From an archaeon (GTDB lineage: Archaea; Undinarchaeota; CAZHTU01; JBDRCC01): a stretch of 12,176 nucleotides of DNA. The position numbers and the translations under genes were made by a program. This document shows positions 6,468-12,176 of this stretch, one piece after another. The DNA is taken from positions 1-12,176 of the forward strand of contig JBDRCC010000015.1 of NCBI GenBank assembly GCA_043822065.1. The letters run 5' to 3'. Within the stretch, counting starts at the first letter, position 1; every line of letters begins with the position of its first letter. A model generated the notes under the pieces. It searched no databases, was not told the origin of the DNA, and saw only the letters and a list, made by a program, of their open reading frames with translations.

Positions 6468-9143
6468 ATGGCAGACGACAAAGAAAACCCAACGATTGAG
6501 CTGAGGGTAGCCAAGGCAATGCCCGAGGATGCGGAGCGGGGCATAGTCAGGATAGACTCAAAGGCGACGAAGATGGTAGGCGTCGCGGTGGGGGACATAG
6601 TCGAGATAATCGGTGGAAGGACAACGGCCGCGATAGTCGAAAGGGCTTACCCAAGCGATGTTGGCCTTGGCGTCATAAGGATGGACGGGCTCATAAGGAA
6701 GAACGCGGAGACGGGCATAGGGGAAAGTGTCAAGGTCAAGAAAGCGGAAATCTTTGAAGCGAAAAAGGTGGTAATCGCACCGACACAGGAGCTCGGCGGG
6801 CAGCTAGTCGTCCAGGGGATTGAGCGGCTGCTTATCGGACGGCCTTTTGTCAAAGGGGACATACTCGCACCCATACAGAGGCGCGGCGGGGGCATAGACA
6901 TAAACAGCCTCTTCAGCGAGTCGTTCGGGCTGCCCATATTCGGCGGCGGAATTGGCGGAATAAAATTCGTAGTTGCAAGCACCCAGCCGAAGGGCGTGGT
7001 AATAGTCACTGACGTGACTGAGATTGAGGTCAGCCAGCAGGCTGCGGTTATAAAAGATGAGAAGCTCCCTGACGTAACTTACGAGGACATTGGCGGGCTG
7101 AGGGATGAGATAAAGAAAGTCCGCGAGATGATAGAGATACCACTCAAGCACCCAGAGGTATTCGAGAGGCTCGGCGTCGAGCCGCCGAAAGGCGTGCTTT
7201 TGTACGGCCCGCCTGGAACAGGAAAGACGCTTCTTGCGAAGGCGGTTGCAAACGAGACTAATGCCAACTTTATCCTCATAAATGGCCCGGAAATAATGTC
7301 GAAGTTCTACGGCGAGTCGGAGAAGCAGATAAGGGACATATTCGACAATGCGCAGAAGAATGCGCCGAGCATAATATTCATCGATGAGCTGGACTCAATC
7401 GCCCCGAAGAGGGAGGAGGTAACCGGTGAGGTCGAGAGGCGGGTTGTCGCCCAGCTGCTTTCCCTGATGGACGGCCTCCAAGCGAGGGGGCGGGTAATAG
7501 TCATAGGCGCGACGAACAGGCCGGAGGCGCTCGACGTTGCACTCAGGAGACCGGGGAGGTTTGACAGGGAGATAGAGATTGGCGTGCCAGACCGCGACGA
7601 CAGGAAAGAGGTTCTCCAGATACACACGAGGAGGATGCCGCTTGGTTGGGAACAAATCAAGACGTATGTAGCGCCATATCTATTAGAACTGCAAAAAATT
7701 TCGAGAATCGATGATAATACAATACATATCAGCGCTAAGATTGGCATTGACACAGATGGGTCTATGAAAATGCCAGGGGGAGATCTATTCTTTTATGCTA
7801 AAGATTTGAACGAAAAGTATTCTGCCATTGATAAGTATTCTACAACGGTTCCTAAGGAGGGTATATTAGAAGTGGGTAAATCAAAAAAACTCCCCCACGA
7901 GGACTATATTCGATTTAAAAATTCCCAGTTCACAGATGGAGAAACGTATGCAATCGACTATTGGATTAAAGCTAAACGCGGGGCGTCTATTATATTTGGT
8001 TGGGGCACTACATCTAGCTCGACCACGATAAGTATCGGTAATGAGATTGACCTCGACGCCCTTGCGGACATAACCTATGGGTATGTTGGTGCAGATCTGG
8101 CAGCGCTCACGAAAGAAGCCGCGATGGCGACGCTGAGACGGGTTATGGAGAAGGGCGAGTTCAAGCTCGACGAGAAGGGGGGAGCGATACCGCCGGAGAC
8201 CCTGAAGAAGCTAATAGTCGAAAAGAAGGACTTTGACGAAGGAAGGCGGCTTGTCGAGCCGTCAGCCATGAGGGAGGTCCTGTTCAGGAAGCCAACCACT
8301 ACCTGGGATGACATCGGTGGATTGGAAGAGGTCAAGGCCCAGCTCAAGGAGACTGTGGAATGGCCACTCGAGGATCCGGAGTCGTTCAAGAGGCTCGGGA
8401 TAAAGCCGCCGAAGGGCGTCCTGCTGTTCGGGCCGCCGGGGACGGGAAAGACGCTCCTTGCGAAGGCTGTCGCGAACGAAAGCGACGCAAACTTCATTTC
8501 AGTGAAAGGGCCTGAGCTCATCTCAAAGTGGGTAGGCGAGTCCGAGAAGCACGTCAGGCAGATATTCAAGAAGGCGCGGCAGGTTGCGCCCACGATAATA
8601 TTCTTCGACGAGCTGGACTCAATCGCCCCGAAGCGCGGCTCGGAGATTGGGGTTAAGGTCGGAGAGAGGATAGTCGACCAGCTGCTGACAGAGATGGACG
8701 GCATGGAGGAGCTTGAGGGAGTCATAGTCATAGGCGCGACAAACCGCCCGGACATAATAGACCCTGGGCTGCTGAGGCCGGGACGGTTTGACAGGCACAT
8801 ACTGACGCCAGTCCCGGACAAAGCTGGAAGGCTCAAGATATTTGAGGTGCACACCAAGAACATGCCGCTCGACAAGTCAGTCGGCCTGAAAAAGCTCGCG
8901 GATATGACTGACGGGTACGTCGGCGCTGACATTGAGGCGCTGTGCCGCGAGGCTGCGATGAACGCGTTAAGGATTGACAAGAAGGCAAACAAGGTCGACA
9001 TGAACGACTTTGAGGTCGCATTCACCCATGTCAACCCGACGATGACAGAGGGGATGAAGCACAATTATGAGGGCATACTTAAGGACTTCACGACCCGGGC
9101 AAGCATCAAACTAGATAAGGATGTAACCAGGTACTTAGGATAA
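6468..9143 (+). CDS. cdc48: CDC48/VCP/VAT-type double-ring AAA+ ATPase carrying an atypical ~132-aa in-frame insertion in the D1 lid subdomain
   Basis: The N-domain resembles Thermoplasma VAT ([22 protein letters not shown]). D1 has Walker [14 protein letters not shown], Walker B IIFIDELD and second region of homology (SRH) [26 protein letters not shown]2 has a second [21 protein letters not shown] and [21 protein letters not shown]. Between D1 ...IHTRRMPLG and [19 protein letters not shown] there are about 132 extra residues that the equivalent D2 segment ([28 protein letters not shown]) lacks. Confidence 0.9.
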   Translation: MADDKENPTIELRVAKAMPEDAERGIVRIDSKATKMVGVAVGDIVEIIGGRTTAAIVERAYPSDVGLGVIRMDGLIRKNAETGIGESVKVKKAEIFEAKKVVIAPTQELGGQLVVQGIERLLIGRPFVKGDILAPIQRRGGGIDINSLFSESFGLPIFGGGIGGIKFVVASTQPKGVVIVTDVTEIEVSQQAAVIKDEKLPDVTYEDIGGLRDEIKKVREMIEIPLKHPEVFERLGVEPPKGVLLYGPPGTGKTLLAKAVANETNANFILINGPEIMSKFYGESEKQIRDIFDNAQKNAPSIIFIDELDSIAPKREEVTGEVERRVVAQLLSLMDGLQARGRVIVIGATNRPEALDVALRRPGRFDREIEIGVPDRDDRKEVLQIHTRRMPLGWEQIKTYVAPYLLELQKISRIDDNTIHISAKIGIDTDGSMKMPGGDLFFYAKDLNEKYSAIDKYSTTVPKEGILEVGKSKKLPHEDYIRFKNSQFTDGETYAIDYWIKAKRGASIIFGWGTTSSSTTISIGNEIDLDALADITYGYVGADLAALTKEAAMATLRRVMEKGEFKLDEKGGAIPPETLKKLIVEKKDFDEGRRLVEPSAMREVLFRKPTTTWDDIGGLEEVKAQLKETVEWPLEDPESFKRLGIKPPKGVLLFGPPGTGKTLLAKAVANESDANFISVKGPELISKWVGESEKHVRQIFKKARQVAPTIIFFDELDSIAPKRGSEIGVKVGERIVDQLLTEMDGMEELEGVIVIGATNRPDIIDPGLLRPGRFDRHILTPVPDKAGRLKIFEVHTKNMPLDKSVGLKKLADMTDGYVGADIEALCREAAMNALRIDKKANKVDMNDFEVAFTHVNPTMTEGMKHNYEGILKDFTTRASIKLDKDVTRYLG
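7647..8042 (+). other. In-frame, compositionally foreign (AT-rich) insertion within cdc48 D1 (approximately [14 protein letters not shown]...[15 protein letters not shown])
   Basis: GC drops abruptly. A hand count gives about 32% over 7651-7700 against about 57% over 7611-7650. Codon choice shifts to AT3 codons (aaa, gat, tat, att, tct). There are no in-frame stops. No intein blocks are present: no N-terminal Cys/Ser, no terminal HN. The insert ends in a Ser/Thr-rich linker. The 9-mer ttggttggg occurs at the left junction (7642-7650) and again at 7996-8004. Confidence 0.7.
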
Positions 9144-9164
9144 TTCTTTTGGTCGAGCTTTCCG

Positions 9165-9184
9165 CGAAAAGCTTAAGCTTTTCG
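9165..9184. repeat. 20-nt perfect palindrome cgaaaagcttaagcttttcg (tandem AAGCTT hexamers) 21 nt downstream of the cdc48 stop; possible terminator hairpin or protein-binding dyad
   Basis: I verified by hand that the sequence equals its reverse complement. As a hairpin it would give an 8-bp stem with a ttaa loop, followed by a T4 run. Confidence 0.5.
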
Positions 9185-9190
9185 GAGCCC

Positions 9191-9209
9191 CAAAGAACAA
9201 GGTTCTTTG
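9191..9209 (+). terminator. Second small hairpin (caaagaac-aag-gttctttg), then T-rich tract, in the cdc48 3' region
   Basis: An 8-bp stem and 3-nt loop is followed by cggtctttcg. Together with the palindrome it may form a tandem termination region for cdc48. Confidence 0.25.
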
Positions 9210-9231
9210 CGGTCTTTCGAAGAAAAGGTCG

Positions 9232-9272
9232 CTGGACAAGGACGTAACTAGATACCTCGGCTGATTCTTAGA
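9232..9272 (+). repeat. Second copy of the cdc48 3' end (codons [10 protein letters not shown] + stop + ttctt), synonymously recoded relative to the in-frame copy at 9108-9148
   Basis: 9108-9148 reads ctagataaggatgtaaccaggtacttaggataattctt. 9232-9272 reads ctggacaaggacgtaactagatacctcggctgattctt. Both translate to [10 protein letters not shown]. All 9-10 nucleotide differences are synonymous, including stop taa versus tga. The 5 nt after the stop are identical. The second copy is in the +1 frame relative to cdc48 and has no in-frame start codon upstream. Confidence 0.6.
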
Positions 9273-9552
9273 AGAAATACACCATCAGGACGTAGAGCGC
9301 CAGCATTGCCGCGAGCACAATAGACATCGAGGTGACGGCGCGCATTATCGGCTCAACACCCTCAGGTGATGCAAGGATTAGGAGCATAAGGGAAAGAGTG
9401 ATGCCAAGCGCTATTCCGGAGACAAACTCCTGCGAAAGCTGGAGGATGCCCTCGCCGGTGTTGAAGTTGAACTGGAAGTATGCGACACTGACGGCAACCG
9501 CTATCAGGACTACTATGATTGCGCCGGTCTTTGCGTTTAGCTCGATTAGCAT
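9268..9552 (-). CDS. Small hypothetical membrane protein (94 aa, about 3 TM helices)
   Basis: A strong Shine-Dalgarno-like GGAGGT lies 9 nt upstream of the ATG on the - strand. The protein has hydrophobic stretches (GAIIVVLIAVAVSVAYF; IALGITLSLMLLILA; SIVLAAMLALYVLMVYFF). It ends 1 nt before the recoded cdc48-tail copy. Confidence 0.5.
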   Translation of the reverse strand: MLIELNAKTGAIIVVLIAVAVSVAYFQFNFNTGEGILQLSQEFVSGIALGITLSLMLLILASPEGVEPIMRAVTSMSIVLAAMLALYVLMVYFF

Positions 9553-9576
9553 ATCCTGCCTACCTCCGGTTTTTGC

Positions 9577-9603
9577 ATCAGCTTTTTTTGAAAAAGCTGA
9601 TTT
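9577..9603 (-). terminator. Hairpin (11-bp A/T-rich stem atcagcttttt / aaaaagctgat, 3-nt loop) between the map stop and the downstream small membrane gene; candidate terminator or attenuator
   Basis: A perfect inverted repeat lies 16 nt after the map stop (9617) and 27 nt before the next ATG (9552). Oligo-T runs sit within and next to the stem. Archaeal termination relies on T-tracts. Confidence 0.35.
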
Positions 9604-9616
9604 GCGTTTACCTCAA

Positions 9617-10528
9617 TCAGCATATCGTTACCTCAGGCTTGTCCTTCACAATCACGGTGTGCTCTGACTGCGAAACGACGCCCCTTTCCTTCTCTATTAA
9701 TATTGGGTACGAGTATAAAGCTTTTGCTTGGGTGAGCTGGTTAAGGGCGAGGTACTGGGTTAGCGGAGGGAGCTTAAGCCACCTGCTTGCAAAGGGAAGC
9801 TTATGGTAGCGCTCCTTCGCCAGCTTCAGTATCGTCTTTGCCTCGCGCATCCTGACCGGCTTGTCCGCGAGATAGCTGAATATCATTGACTCCGGTGCGT
9901 CCTTTATCATCCCCACGCCGTCAGTCGCGAACGGCTCGATTGCTATGACCATGCCCTCTTCGAGGACGAAGCTTCCGGACGGAACGTTGGGGATGTTTAC
10001 CCCGCCGTGAACCTTGTACTGGTCTAGGGTGTGGCCGGAGAGGTTCGAGACCGGCTTGAACCCGAAGGATTGTATTGTCTCCTGTATTTTTGCGCCGATG
10101 TCCTTGACGCAGGTTCCCGGAACGCACATCTTTGTCGCCTCGGCAAGCGCCTTTTCTGACGCCTTTATCAGGCCGGCGTGCTTCCCTGAAAAGTCAAGGC
10201 TGAACGCAGTGTCTGCGATGTAGCCATCTATGTGGGCGCCGATGTCGACCTTGAGCAGGTTTTCGCCGACGGTTAGCCTGTCGTTTGTTACAGGAGTGTA
10301 GTGGGCCGCAACCTCGTTGATGCCCAGGTTTATTGGGAAGGCAATCCCGGCGCCAAGGTCGCGAATCATCTTCTCGCCGTCGTTTGCTATGTCAAGCAGC
10401 CGTGAGTCTGCGGTAATCGTCTTCTTCAGGTGGTCGACAACCTTCTTTGCAATCCTGCCGGCGTCCCTATACTTCGTAAAGTTGGTCGGTTCGCCTTGCT
10501 GTCTCTTTCCAGTCGAATTTTCCTGCAT
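9617..10528 (-). CDS. map: Methionine aminopeptidase, type 2 (archaeal MetAP)
   Basis: The sequence aligns to archaeal MAP2. It has a YRDAGRIAKKV start region, FPINLGINEVAAHYTP (His in the conserved AHYTP motif), VDIGAHIDGYIADTA (metal-binding Asp pair), SGHTLDQYKVHGG, EPFATDG, and a C-terminal VSQSEHTVIV. An SD-like AGGAAAGG lies about 8 nt upstream. Confidence 0.9.
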   Translation of the reverse strand: MQENSTGKRQQGEPTNFTKYRDAGRIAKKVVDHLKKTITADSRLLDIANDGEKMIRDLGAGIAFPINLGINEVAAHYTPVTNDRLTVGENLLKVDIGAHIDGYIADTAFSLDFSGKHAGLIKASEKALAEATKMCVPGTCVKDIGAKIQETIQSFGFKPVSNLSGHTLDQYKVHGGVNIPNVPSGSFVLEEGMVIAIEPFATDGVGMIKDAPESMIFSYLADKPVRMREAKTILKLAKERYHKLPFASRWLKLPPLTQYLALNQLTQAKALYSYPILIEKERGVVSQSEHTVIVKDKPEVTIC

Positions 10529-11423
10529 ATTGCACGCCTTTCCTTGACAATTGCCCCTTTAGCTTGGGATCCTTTAGTAGTTTTTCTATCTGCGAGCGGA
10601 ACTCCTGCGGGGAGTCTGCAAACAATGCCCTTCCATCAGCAAGCTCCTTCGCCGCGCCCCTGGGGCGGCAGATTACGGGCAGGCCGCACGCCATCGCCTC
10701 TAAAATCGTGAGCCCGAAGCCCTCCCATTCCGAGGTCGAGATGAGGCAGTCTGCAGATTTCATATAGCTGTAAACCTGTTCAGGCGGAAGGGCTCCAAGC
10801 TTTATGCCGCCGAGCCGGCTTGCAAGCGGACCGCCCCCTATTATGTAGAAGTTGCAGTCCGGTGAGATTATATCCTGCAGGAAGCTGACCTTTTCCCTGA
10901 CAAGATTACCGACAAAGAGGACCGCCGGCATGCGTATCCGTATCGGCTTTGCCTTTCGGATTTCCGCTGCGTCGATGCCGTTCGGGATTACTTTGGCATG
11001 TAGCCCCCATTTTTTGAGCTCGTCCGCCAGGAACTGGCTGACCGCAATCACTTTTGCGCGCCTGCAGACTATTTTTTTGAGCTGGTTGAGCAGGCTGGCT
11101 TTCATGACGTCTGAGCCGTGGACTGTCAAAACGAGCTTTTTTCCTGTGAAGGCTGAGAGAAGCATTCCCAGAAAGCCGGCGGGGAGGATGAAATGGGCGT
11201 GTATTATGTCCGGCTTTTCCTTCCGGATGCAGTAAAGCCCGTAAAAAAAGCCGGCGATGGCGAATGACAGAGCGCGCAGGACTGGAATGTTTATTATGGG
11301 AACTGTATAGTCGCCGTCGGAGGCGTATGTAAAGGTAATAACATGGTTTTTTGAATATTTCTTAAGGTAGTGGACATGCCTTGCTATTCCCCCTGACAGC
11401 TTTCCTATTAGAAGAACTTTCAT
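10467..11423 (-). CDS. Glycosyltransferase family 4 (GT-B fold, retaining GT1-like)
   Basis: The C-terminal domain carries the E-x7-E signature EGFGLTILEAMACGLPVI. The N-terminal Rossmann-like domain reads MKVLLIGKLSGGIARHVHYL. The start overlaps the upstream ORF's stop (ATGA). The 3' end overlaps the map start by 62 nt. Confidence 0.85.
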   Translation of the reverse strand: MKVLLIGKLSGGIARHVHYLKKYSKNHVITFTYASDGDYTVPIINIPVLRALSFAIAGFFYGLYCIRKEKPDIIHAHFILPAGFLGMLLSAFTGKKLVLTVHGSDVMKASLLNQLKKIVCRRAKVIAVSQFLADELKKWGLHAKVIPNGIDAAEIRKAKPIRIRMPAVLFVGNLVREKVSFLQDIISPDCNFYIIGGGPLASRLGGIKLGALPPEQVYSYMKSADCLISTSEWEGFGLTILEAMACGLPVICRPRGAAKELADGRALFADSPQEFRSQIEKLLKDPKLKGQLSRKGVQYAGKFDWKETARRTDQLYEV

Positions 11424-12040
11424 GTTCTAAGCTTGAGGTTGTACAGCTCGGTAAACAGCTTTAGCCCGAGCTGGCAGGCTGCGGCGTCCAAGCCCTTCTG
11501 GTCGGCGCCCACGACGCGGTACTGGCCGTTTGCGGCACGGGTAACTTCCGTGGCATCGCCAAACTCGAGGCTTATTATCGGCACAGTTGGCGTGCCGTCA
11601 GAGAGGGAGACAACAACCGCCTTTCCGTCGCCGGTGCTGGAATAGGCAACGGTAGTAGGTATCCGTGAATAGGAGGTTATCCTGACAAGCTCGTAGACGG
11701 TAAGGCCGTACTCCATCGGGCCCACCGGGTCAAACATGACTATTGCCCTGTTGGCTTTGGACAGCTCTTTCACAATTTGCCCGTCTATTGGGACGCCGAC
11801 GCAGTCCGAGACAACCGACCTGAACCTGAACTGCTGGCCGTTCACCACAACGAAGTCCGAGTCTATCGGCTGTGCCGGGCTGTGGAAGATTAGAAACAGA
11901 GTAACTGCGAAGAACGCGAGTATGAATATCACGACGAATATGCTCCCCATCGACAGGTGGAGGATTCTTTCAGGCTTTTTGCCTTCTGCAGGGGGCGTAT
12001 GAGGCTGGGTTTTCCTTGCTTTTGGTTTTTTCTTGGGCAT
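11420..12040 (-). CDS. Hypothetical membrane-anchored protein (basic N-terminus, one TM, extracytoplasmic domain)
   Basis: MPKKKPKARKTQPHTPPAEGKKPERILHL is followed by a TM helix (IFVVIFILAFFAVTLFLIF) and an ~150-aa domain with no recognised motifs. The gene is translationally coupled to the GT4 gene. A TATA-like tatttaa lies about 25 nt upstream of the ATG on the - strand (12062-12069). Confidence 0.5.
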   Translation of the reverse strand: MPKKKPKARKTQPHTPPAEGKKPERILHLSMGSIFVVIFILAFFAVTLFLIFHSPAQPIDSDFVVVNGQQFRFRSVVSDCVGVPIDGQIVKELSKANRAIVMFDPVGPMEYGLTVYELVRITSYSRIPTTVAYSSTGDGKAVVVSLSDGTPTVPIISLEFGDATEVTRAANGQYRVVGADQKGLDAAACQLGLKLFTELYNLKLRT

Positions 12041-12105
12041 GGTGGGAAAAAGGATTTTGAGGTTAAATAGGTTTAGCTCCCGCTCATGATTTTAAAAAAA
12101 GTAAG

Positions 12106-12131
12106 AAAGAAGGGGGCGAACCCCCTTCTTT
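12106..12131 (-). terminator. GC-rich hairpin (aagaaggggg-cgaa-cccccttctt) followed on the - strand by a T7 tract; likely intrinsic-style terminator for a - strand gene lying beyond the window end
   Basis: A perfect 10-11-bp stem with a 4-nt loop. A7 at 12094-12100 on the + strand gives T7 immediately 3' of the hairpin for - strand transcripts. It sits just upstream of the promoter of gene 11420-12040. Confidence 0.5.
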
Positions 12132-12176
12132 TAGTCTAAAATTTATACCAGAGTCGGCGCGCTGCCAGCTGCCTTG

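Noticed and set aside
7642-8004. 9-nt direct repeat ttggttggg at the left junction and near the right end of the cdc48 insert, as a possible target-site duplication
   Set aside because: The second copy lies about 40 nt inside the AT-rich region rather than at its boundary. The sequence between it and the native D1 resumption is still foreign-like. A chance 9-mer repeat in a 12-kb window is not improbable. I mention it only as possible microhomology.
7647-8042. Intein inside cdc48 D1
   Set aside because: The insert does not begin with Cys/Ser/Thr and does not end with His-Asn followed by a nucleophile. No intein blocks A, B, F or G or homing-endonuclease motifs are visible. Its position is a surface loop rather than a catalytic-site residue, which is where inteins usually sit.
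8075-9064. Long antisense ORFs (329 aa at 8075-9064 on the - strand; also 7307-7753, 6647-7151, 3650-4405, 2087-2917, 912-1562 on the - strand and 5466-6212 on the + strand)
   Set aside because: All lie entirely within and antisense to well-supported genes with strong homology signatures. Their products are low-complexity (Ser/Pro/Arg-rich). They are typical shadow ORFs of GC-biased coding sequence.
9136-9264. An independent ORF or frameshift extension ending with the second [10 protein letters not shown] copy
   Set aside because: The frame is open back only to a stop at 9136-9138. It contains no ATG, GTG or TTG. It is +1 relative to cdc48, whose own TAA stop intervenes. No slippery site is evident.

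Overview
This 12.2-kb window looks like an archaeal chromosome segment, roughly 55% GC by eye. The evidence for archaeal origin is the protein content: archaeal-type PheT, a type-2 methionine aminopeptidase, and a CDC48/VAT ATPase. Start codons sit about 25-28 nt downstream of AT-rich TATA-like boxes, which fits leaderless archaeal mRNAs. I call 12 protein-coding genes. I found no rRNA, tRNA, CRISPR array or recognisable transposase. On the + strand the genes are: a 5'-partial Cys-containing surface protein; a thrombospondin type-3 (TSP3) repeat protein translationally coupled to it; and a tight operon of SPFH/stomatin protein, DUF95/SpoIIM-like membrane protein and MinD/ParA-like ATPase. On the - strand are pheT, followed on the + strand by a small divergent membrane ORF and the CDC48/VAT double-ring AAA+ ATPase. 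The remaining - strand genes are a small membrane protein, MetAP type 2, a GT4 glycosyltransferase and a membrane-anchored hypothetical protein.

Two things stand out. First, the cdc48 gene carries an in-frame insertion of about 396 nt (about 132 aa) at roughly 7647-8042, inside the D1 alpha-helical lid. Its composition is very different from the host gene (about 33-38% GC against 55-60%), it has no intein motifs, and it ends in a Ser/Thr-rich linker. I read it as a recently acquired foreign domain insertion in an essential AAA+ unfoldase. Second, the last 10 codons, stop and 5 nt of 3'UTR of cdc48 are duplicated 124 nt downstream. Every coding difference between the two copies is synonymous, and the copies flank a 20-nt perfect palindrome (AAGCTTAAGCTT core) plus a second hairpin. 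The SPFH-DUF95-MinD module is a further point of interest. Its MinD has a C-terminal amphipathic helix, which makes it a candidate membrane-organising system that has not been characterised.
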